NCBI GenBank assembly: GCA_965198945.1
Contig: CBDAQI010000010.1
Location: 73,720 to 137,719, forward strand
Length of the DNA stretch: 64,000 bases
Reading direction: 5' to 3'
Source of the DNA: Thermodesulfobacteriota bacterium
GTDB taxonomy: Bacteria > Desulfobacterota_D > UBA1144 > Nemesobacterales > Mycalebacteriaceae
Numbering within the stretch: the stretch's first letter is position 1; each line of letters starts with the position of its first letter. The notes under the pieces are model-generated. The model saw only the letters and a program-made list of their open reading frames with translations, was not told the origin of the DNA and searched no databases. This document shows positions 10,129-18,448 of the stretch, in pieces. The translations under genes were made by a program, and so were the position numbers.

Positions 10129-10236
10129 GGCGAATCGCTCTAAACTACCACAATGGGGGAGTCGGTCAAGTTTGACAACGATTCGCTATTGCTGTTAAAT
10201 GTTGACAGTATTCCACTTTCCGGACAACCGCCACCG

Positions 10237-10452
10237 ATGGTATTTGAAGGGCTGAAATTGATGTTTGCGGGGATGTTTGTCGTCTATGTATTCCTCTCCG
10301 TTCTTCTTGTCATGATAAAAGTATCGGCTCGTTTTTTTGCCGGGTTACCCGAAAATCCTGTCGGACCGCCGGTTTCTTCCACAAAGAATGAGAACGGTAG
10401 AATAGCCGCGGTCATTGCGGCGGCCGTGGCGGCTTACAGGTCGGGCAGGTGA
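10237..10452 (+). CDS. oadG: Na+-translocating decarboxylase gamma subunit (OadG)
   Basis: GLKLMFAGMFVVYVFL TM helix, Pro-rich linker, AAVIAAAVAAY tail. Start at ATG 10237. Confidence 0.88.
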   Translation: MVFEGLKLMFAGMFVVYVFLSVLLVMIKVSARFFAGLPENPVGPPVSSTKNENGRIAAVIAAAVAAYRSGR

Positions 10453-10480
10453 TAATGTTTTCCGTTAAGGGTATTTGCAT

Positions 10481-12301
10481 ATGAAAAAAATACTTTTCCA
10501 AGACACGTCTTTCAGAGACGGTTTTCAGTCATTTTTCGGCGCGCGTGTGCTGACAAAAGATTTTATTCCGGCGGTTGAGGCCGCTTCTCATGCCGGAATA
10601 ACACATTTTGAAGCCGGTGGCGGGGCAAGGTTTCAAAGCCTTTTTCTCTATTGCGGGGAGTCCGCGTTTGAAATGATGGACAGCTTCAGAAAAGCCGCGG
10701 GTCCCGATGCCAATCTTCAGACCCTTGCAAGGGGGATTAACGTGGTTGCGCTCTCGGCTCAACCCAAAGACATGATTGACCTTCATGCGAAAATGTTCAA
10801 AAAACACGGCATAACGCATATAAGAAATTTTGACGCCCTCAACGATGTCAGGAACCTTGAGTATTCCGCACAGTGCATAAAAAACGCGGGAATTCACCAT
10901 CAGGTTGTCGTAACAATGATGGAACTTCCGCCCGGATGTGAAGGCGCCCACGACTCTGATTTCTATGTTTCCAAAGTCCGTGAAATACTTGACTCCGGTC
11001 TTCCCTTTGACTCAATCTGCTTCAAAGACGCTTCGGGAACATCAAATCCCCGGAAGGTTTATGACACGGTCAAACGCGCGAGGGAACTTGTCGGGGAAAA
11101 CACAGTCCTGTGGGTGCATACTCATGAGACGGCCGCCCAGGGCGTTCTCCAATACACGGCCGCAATAGAGGCCGGGTGTGACGGCATTTGTGTCGCAAGA
11201 TCCCCCGTTTCGGGCGGGACTGCTCAGCCGGACATGATTTCCATGTGCGGCGCCCTCAAGGGAACCGAATTCACCCTTGATGTGGATTTGAAAAAAATCC
11301 TTGAGGCAAACGCGATTTTCAAGGAATGCATGGCGGATTACTATTTTCCTCCGGAAGCGCTGGGAATTTCGCCCGAGGTTCTGCTTTCTCCGATGCCGGG
11401 CGGAGCGCTTACCGCAAACACAATGATGATGCGCGACACCAATACACTTGACCTCTACCCGAAAGTGATAGAAGAGATGTCCGAGTGTGTCGCAAGAGGC
11501 GGGTTCGGCACTTCGGTGACGCCGGTTTCACAGTTCTATTTTCAGCAGGCCTTTGCAAATGTTACACAAGGCAGGTGGAAGAAAATATCGGACGGATACG
11601 GTAACATGGTGCTTGGTTACTTCGGACGCACGCCCGTTGCGCCCGACCCCGAAGTTGTAAAAATCGCCGAAGAGCAGATGGGCAAACCCCGTTTTGAAGG
11701 AGACCCTCTTGAGGTGATTGAACCGGGAATTCCGGTTGCAAAAACAGTTCTTGAAAAAGAAGGCCTTCCCATTACAGACGAAAACATTTTTATAGTCGGA
11801 GCTCTTGCGACCCCGAGCGGCAACAAAGGGCTTGATTTTCTGAAGGGCGATTTCTCGGTAAATGTCAGAAAAGGCGAGGCATCAAAACCGCAGGTGTCCG
11901 GTGATGCGGATAAACTCTCTGATTCCTTCACCGCCACTGTTGACGGCAAAAAATACGCCGTTCGCGTTAAAGAAAAAGACGGCGGTTTCACGGTCGCGGT
12001 TGATGGCAGAGACTACTCCGTGGGGATTGGCGAAGGGGGGGATGTCCCCGCTCAGGCTTCCGCCGCGCCGGCGGGAGGCGATGTCATGCCGATTATCGCG
12101 GCGGTTCCCGGAAATATCTGTAAACTGTCGGTTTCCGTTGGAGACAGTGTTGAGGAAAACCAGACTCTCCTTGTTCTTGAAGCGATGAAGATGGAAACTC
12201 CGGTCTCTTCTCCCTGTTCGGGAGTTGTGGCCTCAATAGAGGTTGTTGTGGGTGATGTTGTTGAATCGGGTCAGGCTTTGATGACCATAGCCCCGAATTG
12301 A
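10481..12301 (+). CDS. oadA: Oxaloacetate decarboxylase alpha / pyruvate carboxylase B-type carboxyltransferase with biotin carrier domain
   Basis: DTSFRDGFQS, FDALND, FKDASG, HTH, PGG and VTPVSQ motifs; biotinyl site EAMKM. Confidence 0.9.
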   Translation: MKKILFQDTSFRDGFQSFFGARVLTKDFIPAVEAASHAGITHFEAGGGARFQSLFLYCGESAFEMMDSFRKAAGPDANLQTLARGINVVALSAQPKDMIDLHAKMFKKHGITHIRNFDALNDVRNLEYSAQCIKNAGIHHQVVVTMMELPPGCEGAHDSDFYVSKVREILDSGLPFDSICFKDASGTSNPRKVYDTVKRARELVGENTVLWVHTHETAAQGVLQYTAAIEAGCDGICVARSPVSGGTAQPDMISMCGALKGTEFTLDVDLKKILEANAIFKECMADYYFPPEALGISPEVLLSPMPGGALTANTMMMRDTNTLDLYPKVIEEMSECVARGGFGTSVTPVSQFYFQQAFANVTQGRWKKISDGYGNMVLGYFGRTPVAPDPEVVKIAEEQMGKPRFEGDPLEVIEPGIPVAKTVLEKEGLPITDENIFIVGALATPSGNKGLDFLKGDFSVNVRKGEASKPQVSGDADKLSDSFTATVDGKKYAVRVKEKDGGFTVAVDGRDYSVGIGEGGDVPAQASAAPAGGDVMPIIAAVPGNICKLSVSVGDSVEENQTLLVLEAMKMETPVSSPCSGVVASIEVVVGDVVESGQALMTIAPN

Positions 12302-12323
12302 CGATTAATCCGCGCCGTTTGAT

Positions 12324-13598
12324 ATGAGAAAGACACATTTATTTGCCGTTTCAGCAGTCTTGATGGCGGCGGCTTTTGCGCTTTTTGTTTCCCCGGCTTT
12401 TGCGGCTCTCGGCGAGGGCTCTCAGCTTCCGGGTCTTATGGACATTTTCCGCAATCTTGCGAAGGAAACCGGGGTTAACGGCTTTTTCTCTTCAGGCGAT
12501 TCCTGGATTGACGGCCCCGGACGGCTGATCATGGTTTGCGTCGGTTTTGCGCTTCTTTATCTCGGAATTGCAAAGCAGTTTGAGCCTCTGTTGCTTGTTA
12601 CAATAGGTTTCGGGTGTGTGCTTTCCAACATACCTCTCGCGGGAATAAGTGAACCGGGGGGAATACTGAACTACGTTTACAACGCGGGTATAAAAACCGG
12701 AATTTTTCCGCTGATAATTTTCATGGGAGTCGGCGCGCTTACTGATTTCGGTCCCCTTCTCGCCAATCCCAGAACCATACTTCTCGGAGTTGCCGCGCAG
12801 TTCGGCATATTTGCCACGCTGATAGGAGCGCTGGCACTCACGCGATTTGTTGACGGCATAGATTTTTCCTTTGCGGATGCGGCCTCCATAGGCATAATAG
12901 GAGGTGCGGACGGGCCCACAGCCATTTATGTTTCCTCTCAGTTGTCGCCGCGTCTTCTCGGGGCGATTTCAGTTTCCGCATATTCTTATATGGCCCTTGT
13001 TCCCCTGATACAGCCACCGATAATGAAGGCTCTTACGACAAAAGAGGAAAGGATGATAAGGATGGAGCAGCTAAGGCCTGTCGGGAAAGTTGAGAAAATC
13101 ATGTTCCCTCTCATCTCGGTCACTCTTTGCGCTCTCTTTCTGCCGTCCGCCGCCCCGCTTATCGGTTTTTTTATGTTCGGCAATCTTATGAAAGAGTGCG
13201 GCGTGGTAGATCGTCTTTCGGACACGGTGCAGAACTCCCTTATCAACATAACCACAATATTTCTCGGTCTCGGGGTCGGTTCAAAGCTTTCCGCCACGGA
13301 GTTTCTCAGTATTGAGACAATCGGAATTCTTCTGCTCGGTGTTGTCGCTTTCTGCATAGGGACCGCCGCCGGGGTTCTGAAGGCGAAGTTTCTGAATCTT
13401 TTTTCCAAAAACAAAATAAACCCGCTTATTGGTTCCGCGGGCGTTTCTGCCGTTCCGATGGCGGCGCGTGTTTCGCAGGATGTCGGCGCGAAGGAAGATC
13501 CTCAAAACTTTTTGCTTATGCATGCGATGGGTCCAAATGTGGCCGGAGTTCTCGGTTCCGCGGTCGCGGCGGGAATTTTGCTTGCGGTGTTTTCTTGA
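12324..13598 (+). CDS. oadB: Na+-translocating decarboxylase beta subunit
   Basis: [35 protein letters not shown] and HAMGPNVAG motifs. Confidence 0.96.
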   Translation: MRKTHLFAVSAVLMAAAFALFVSPAFAALGEGSQLPGLMDIFRNLAKETGVNGFFSSGDSWIDGPGRLIMVCVGFALLYLGIAKQFEPLLLVTIGFGCVLSNIPLAGISEPGGILNYVYNAGIKTGIFPLIIFMGVGALTDFGPLLANPRTILLGVAAQFGIFATLIGALALTRFVDGIDFSFADAASIGIIGGADGPTAIYVSSQLSPRLLGAISVSAYSYMALVPLIQPPIMKALTTKEERMIRMEQLRPVGKVEKIMFPLISVTLCALFLPSAAPLIGFFMFGNLMKECGVVDRLSDTVQNSLINITTIFLGLGVGSKLSATEFLSIETIGILLLGVVAFCIGTAAGVLKAKFLNLFSKNKINPLIGSAGVSAVPMAARVSQDVGAKEDPQNFLLMHAMGPNVAGVLGSAVAAGILLAVFS

Positions 13599-14011
13599 AA
13601 AACGTTTTTATGGAGTTTGGAAAGCCCGTTATTTTTTTTGACGGCGTCTGCGGTTTATGCAACGGGTTTGTTGATTTTATTATAAAGCGCGACCGCAAAG
13701 ACGGATTTCTTTTTTCACCGCTTCAGGGTGAGACCGCAGCGAAATTTCTTCCGGCTCTTTCCGACAGTTTTCAGCAGTGGGACATTGTCTATGCGGACGA
13801 AGACGGGTTTCACAGAGCTTCTGACGCCACGATAAAAATTGTTTCAAAACTGGGGGGTATATGGGCTGCGACCGGTATTTTTATTTTTGTTCCCAAATTC
13901 ATAAGAGACGCTCTCTACCGCCATGTGGCCGCAAACCGTTACAAATGGTTTGGCAGGTGGGATTTCTGCCGGATTCCCTCGGAAGACGAAAAAAGCAAGT
14001 TTCTTCCCTGA
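13595..14011 (+). CDS. DCC1/DUF393-family thiol-disulfide oxidoreductase
   Basis: FFDGVCGLC (DxxCxxC) and RD..Y..VA.NRY.WFG motifs; TTGA overlap with oadB. Confidence 0.9.
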   Translation: MKNVFMEFGKPVIFFDGVCGLCNGFVDFIIKRDRKDGFLFSPLQGETAAKFLPALSDSFQQWDIVYADEDGFHRASDATIKIVSKLGGIWAATGIFIFVPKFIRDALYRHVAANRYKWFGRWDFCRIPSEDEKSKFLP

Positions 14012-14026
14012 TATGTTAAAACGCTT

Positions 14027-14617
14027 ATGAATGGAAGAAAAAAATCCGTAAAAAGGTTTATATCCGCCATTTTGATACTGCAGGGGCTTTATGTGGTGTT
14101 TCCCCTTCCAGACATCTGGCCCGTGTCCAACTACCCGATGTTCAGCCGTGCGTCCGGCGCCTCCGTTGTCTATTCAAAACAAATAGTCGCTGTTACCAAA
14201 GACGGTGAGCGTGAGCTGAGAGCCACTGATATAGCCCCTTTTGACATTGTGCGTCTTTCAAAAGGGATAGACAGAATTACCCATGGGGACAGGTTTGCGG
14301 AGAAGGATGACAGAAGAATAAACCGCATAATTGACGCCCTTCAACTAAGTCTCTCAGACGGCGAGTCTGTGAGGCGTTTTATAAAAACGAAACTTCTTTA
14401 CCAAAAAAACGCCGGAAGCGTGGAAGATGAATTGAAAACGGTTTTTCAATATCTGTCAGAGCAGTATAAGCGCAATGGCGGTCCGGATGATTTTTCTGAA
14501 ATTAGACTTTACAACATAAGGCATGATTGGACGGATGTTCCGCCGCTGTCGGCCGAGACGGAAAAAATTCTGATCTATTCAACAAAAACCGGAATGGGAG
14601 AGAAATGGAGCAAATAG
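14027..14617 (+). CDS. Hypothetical membrane-anchored protein with a WP.S.YPMFS motif (partner of the HTTM protein)
   Basis: Basic N-terminus and hydrophobic helix followed by IWPVSNYPMFS; overlaps the next gene start. Confidence 0.6.
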   Translation: MNGRKKSVKRFISAILILQGLYVVFPLPDIWPVSNYPMFSRASGASVVYSKQIVAVTKDGERELRATDIAPFDIVRLSKGIDRITHGDRFAEKDDRRINRIIDALQLSLSDGESVRRFIKTKLLYQKNAGSVEDELKTVFQYLSEQYKRNGGPDDFSEIRLYNIRHDWTDVPPLSAETEKILIYSTKTGMGEKWSK

Positions 14618-15507
14618 CGGGAAAATTAAAAGACCGTTTTTTCGGTTTTTTCTTTGCCGAATCGGAAGCTTCGGCGCTTGGGGTTTGCAGGTTTTTATTC
14701 TGCGGATTTATTTTTGTTTATTACCTCGGCGCAAATTTTGCAGACTGGGGTCTGGTTCCCGATGAGCTCTGGCATCCGATTTTTCTGTTTGATATTTTCA
14801 ACCTGCCGGTTTTTTCCCCGGCTGTCCTCAAGGTTCTGGGACTGGTCTGGCTTGCCTGTGTTTTTTTGAGCGCGGTCGGATTTTTCTCCCGTCCAGCCAC
14901 ATTTCTGTCATTTGTCATTGGTTTCTATCTCATCGGAATGACCAACAGTTTTTCCAAAACCCATCACATGGAAACCATCGTGCTTTTTGTTTTCGCAATT
15001 CTGGCTTTTTCCCGTTGCGGAGACGGTTTTTCGGTGGACCGGCTGATAAAATCTCGTCGCGGCGAGCGCATTTCTCCTTCGTGGGAATACGGGTGGCCCG
15101 TCAAATTAATTCAGGTGCTTATGATTTTCTTTTTCTGCGCCGCGGGACTTTCAAAATTGAGAAATTCTGGGCTTGAATGGGTTTTTTCAGAAAACTTGTC
15201 CGGCCTTTTTATTTCCGGACTGCTTGGAAATCAGAGGCACGAGCCGCTTTTTGACTGGCTCACTTTGATGCTTGCGCAGAAACATATCTCAATTTTTCTT
15301 GCAGGAATCACCTTACTTCTTGAACTGTTGGCACCGCTCGCATTTTTTGGACGACGTTTGAAAGTTGTTATCGGCATGGGGCTGTTTTTTATGATGGCGG
15401 GTTTCTGGGTGGTGATGGGGCTTGCTTTTCCGCAGTGGATTGCGGCTTTTGTATTCTGGTTGCCGTGGGATGAGGTGGTTCGCAGAACGAATATCAGGAG
15501 CGGATAA
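14605..15507 (+). CDS. HTTM-domain (vitamin K-dependent carboxylase-like / SdpB-like) polytopic membrane protein
   Basis: LGVCRFLF, GFFSR, FSVD, AGLSKL..SG.EW and LELLAP motifs; about 7 TM segments. Start ATG 14605 after GGGAG. Confidence 0.75.
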   Translation: MEQIAGKLKDRFFGFFFAESEASALGVCRFLFCGFIFVYYLGANFADWGLVPDELWHPIFLFDIFNLPVFSPAVLKVLGLVWLACVFLSAVGFFSRPATFLSFVIGFYLIGMTNSFSKTHHMETIVLFVFAILAFSRCGDGFSVDRLIKSRRGERISPSWEYGWPVKLIQVLMIFFFCAAGLSKLRNSGLEWVFSENLSGLFISGLLGNQRHEPLFDWLTLMLAQKHISIFLAGITLLLELLAPLAFFGRRLKVVIGMGLFFMMAGFWVVMGLAFPQWIAAFVFWLPWDEVVRRTNIRSG

Positions 15508-16047
15508 ATTAAAAACGGAACAGTTTTTCTTCTTTGTATTGCGCTGGTTTTTGCGGGTTTTCCTCTACTGTCCGCGGAAGCGGTTGATAATGGCAGGGCG
15601 CTGCCGGAATTCACATCAAAAAACCCGCAGGACTGGATTAACTCAAAGCCGCTGAAAAAATCAGATCTTAAGGGCGGGGTAACTCTCATATATTTCTGGG
15701 CTTTTGACTGCTGGAATTCATACCGTTCTTTCCCGTGGCTGCGCGGAATTGAAAAGCGTTTCGCGGACAGGCGGTTTAAGGTGGTCGGCATACACACGCC
15801 TGAGTTTGAGCGCGAAAAAAGCAGAAAAAATCTTGAGGCGAAAGTGAAAGAGTTCAAACTTGCTCATCCAGTTATGATGGACAATAATTTCAGATACTGG
15901 CGAAAAATGAACAACCGCTACTGGCCCGCTTTTTATCTCGTGGACGGAGAGGGCGATGTCGTCTATAAAATGATAGGGGAAACGCACAAAGGACAGAAAA
16001 AAGCGGAAGAGTTTGAAAGGGCTTTGGAGGGTTTGGTTAACCAGTGA
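15508..16047 (+). CDS. Exported DipZ/TlpA-like redoxin with CxxS site; probable ATT start
   Basis: Frame is open from ATT 15508, 7 nt after AGGAG. It encodes a signal peptide ending SAEA, then WINSKPL, FWAFDCWNS, VGIHTPEF and NRYWPAFYLVD. The ORF track shows only 15781..16047. Confidence 0.8.
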   Translation: MKNGTVFLLCIALVFAGFPLLSAEAVDNGRALPEFTSKNPQDWINSKPLKKSDLKGGVTLIYFWAFDCWNSYRSFPWLRGIEKRFADRRFKVVGIHTPEFEREKSRKNLEAKVKEFKLAHPVMMDNNFRYWRKMNNRYWPAFYLVDGEGDVVYKMIGETHKGQKKAEEFERALEGLVNQ

Positions 16048-16094
16048 ATCTGGTAGACTTTTCTTGAAAAAAATTATATCGTGGGCTTGAATGT

Positions 16095-17252
16095 ATGAAC
16101 AGAATTGAAAGTACATTAAGAAAGGAAGTTAAGAAGGTTCTTGTTGGTCAGGGGTATAGGATTAGCAAAGGGCAGTTTTGCTTTGACACAGATAATATAG
16201 AAAAAAAGCGATATTTGCATCAATTTTCCCGGGCGGAAAGAATTAGAGAAAATTTTGATTTTATAAGATCATTTTTGCCTGAAGCCAGAAAACATCTTCT
16301 TGATAGTTCAAGTTTAGAAGTCTCAAAAATTCAACCCAGATTATTAGAAATAAAGTCAGGAACAAGAGAAGGAAGTTTATTCCGTTGGTGGAACCTTGTT
16401 TGGTGGAGCCTCCCATATGAAAAATCATATGGAAGACAGATGAGGTTTATTGTATGGGATGAATATCACGACGCTCCGATTGGTCTGATAGGTTTACAAA
16501 GTCCTCTTCTTTCTTGGAGTGTTAGAGACAAATACCTTTCAATAGGAGTCAAACAAAGAGATTACTGGGTAAATCAATCTCTTTCTGCTCAAAGATTGGG
16601 TTCACTTCCTCCTTACAATGGGTTTTTAGGTGGAAAACTGGTTGCTTCACTGATGACGTCGGATTTGGTTAGGGAATCTTTTAATAAAAAATATAATGAA
16701 AGTCAAACATTGCTTTTGAGAAGGAGATTGCCGGCAAATCTGCTTTTTATAACTACTACGGGTGCATATGGGAAGAGCAGTGTTTACAATCGGCTCAAGT
16801 TTAATGAGGAAAAAATCTGTGATTTTATCGGCTACACAAGAGGAAGTGGTTCATTTCATATATCTAATACTCTTTACGAAAGTTTTGTCAGTTATCTGAG
16901 AGACCAGGGCTATAAGGCAGGAAGGTCTTTTGGGAACGGTCCTTCTGTTAAAATGAGAAATATAAGGAAAGCAATGAACTTGTTAGGTTTCAAAAACGGC
17001 TGTGAGCATGGAATGAAAAGAGCTGTATACCTTTTTCCATTTGTTTCAAATTTGAAACCTGTAATACAGAAAGAGCAAAAGCCTGTTTGGTATCAAAGAA
17101 GTATAGAAGATTTGACAAACTACTGGAAAGAAAGGTGGGCTTGTAAAAGAGTCGACAATCATGAGAAAAGTTTTTTTTCCGGTGAAGATTATATTGATGA
17201 ATTGTTAAAAGATTTGGCAAATTGCGAGAAACTTGCGAGTAAGAATATTTAG
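16095..17252 (+). CDS. druA: DruA / DUF4338-family protein
   Basis: Family-like motifs recognised by eye: GRQMRFIVWD, IGLIGLQSP, LGSLPPYNGFLGGKLVA, TTTGAYGKSSVYNRL, GYTRGSGSFH. Confidence 0.82.
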   Translation: MNRIESTLRKEVKKVLVGQGYRISKGQFCFDTDNIEKKRYLHQFSRAERIRENFDFIRSFLPEARKHLLDSSSLEVSKIQPRLLEIKSGTREGSLFRWWNLVWWSLPYEKSYGRQMRFIVWDEYHDAPIGLIGLQSPLLSWSVRDKYLSIGVKQRDYWVNQSLSAQRLGSLPPYNGFLGGKLVASLMTSDLVRESFNKKYNESQTLLLRRRLPANLLFITTTGAYGKSSVYNRLKFNEEKICDFIGYTRGSGSFHISNTLYESFVSYLRDQGYKAGRSFGNGPSVKMRNIRKAMNLLGFKNGCEHGMKRAVYLFPFVSNLKPVIQKEQKPVWYQRSIEDLTNYWKERWACKRVDNHEKSFFSGEDYIDELLKDLANCEKLASKNI

Positions 17253-17254
17253 TT

Positions 17255-18436
17255 ATGGACAAAAAACCTTACGCATATTTGCCAGAAGATCTTTTGTTGC
17301 AAATGCTTGAAAAAGCGCCTCAAACTGCAAAACAATTGGCAAATGCAATTGAAGTCAATGAATCTCAAGTAGAAAAAGCAAGGAGTTTATTAAAAGATAA
17401 AGACTTTATTATATCTTGTTCTGGAGGCGATGTTACAGAATCAATTATGGCTACTGATGGTGCCAATATTATTGAACATAAGGCAAGTGCTGACATTGTT
17501 TTGGCAATTGCAGTTGGAGTAGATGGTCTTTCAAAAGAATCTTCAACTCATTGGCCTGAAGGCTCGCGACAGTATCAGCAATGGCAAGATGCGTTACCTC
17601 ACCACGTTGCTAATTCAAGATTGGCACAAGGTGTGATGTTCCTTATGGAATTAAGCATTCTGGCTGAGACAGACAGAAAAATCAGAATAATGGATGGTTC
17701 TCATATAACTGCTATTCTCAAGCTCAATAGTTTGTTAAGTGCTAATGATGAAGATAGAGCTGATAAGCCATACGTGAAAGCCCTCTCAAGATTCCTGTCT
17801 GAAAACTATGACAAAGTCATTCCCGATATACCGGATATTATCGCTTCTGCTTTTTCCGACAAATCTATAATAAGTCTTACCAAATATTCTTCTTCAAGGG
17901 AGATTATAGACTCTCAATTGCAAACACTTGAAATAGTTGCCGATGACAAGGTTTTTATGTCTACGCTTCTTGAGGAAAATGAGTATACAAAACCTGTTTC
18001 TGTGGGACAATCAGCAAAAGATAAAAAAATGTGGGAAGATTTTCATATAAAGTGCAATTTGCCAGTTGACGGAGTAAATAATTCGGAACTTGAAAATCGT
18101 CTTGAAGATGCAATTGCTCCATTCAAAATTACGGAAGATCACGAATCGAATTTGTTTTTTTGTTATTATAAACCTTTGAAACATACTATGGCTCATCGAG
18201 TTGAATTAAAGAAGAGTCTTGCGGAAAGTAAAAAAGATCTTGAGTTTTTTCTTAGAAGTTTGAAAAAACAAATAATCTTTCCAGAAATACGAGAGCCATA
18301 CCCACAGTTTTTAGCAGATATTATTGCCAAAAATATTTATTTTGGAATGGAAGCGGTTAATCAGGCTATTTTCAATAATAAACTGCTACATAGCCAGAAA
18401 AATTTTGATTTTGTTCTTCCATATAGGACAAGTTAA
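17255..18436 (+). CDS. nurA: NurA-family nuclease (RNase H/PIWI-like fold)
   Basis: Acidic catalytic pattern ATDG ... ELSIL ... IMDGS and C-terminal EPYPQFLAD; lies directly upstream of a HerA ATPase. Confidence 0.8.
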   Translation: MDKKPYAYLPEDLLLQMLEKAPQTAKQLANAIEVNESQVEKARSLLKDKDFIISCSGGDVTESIMATDGANIIEHKASADIVLAIAVGVDGLSKESSTHWPEGSRQYQQWQDALPHHVANSRLAQGVMFLMELSILAETDRKIRIMDGSHITAILKLNSLLSANDEDRADKPYVKALSRFLSENYDKVIPDIPDIIASAFSDKSIISLTKYSSSREIIDSQLQTLEIVADDKVFMSTLLEENEYTKPVSVGQSAKDKKMWEDFHIKCNLPVDGVNNSELENRLEDAIAPFKITEDHESNLFFCYYKPLKHTMAHRVELKKSLAESKKDLEFFLRSLKKQIIFPEIREPYPQFLADIIAKNIYFGMEAVNQAIFNNKLLHSQKNFDFVLPYRTS

Positions 18437-18448
18437 GTAGTAAGTATT

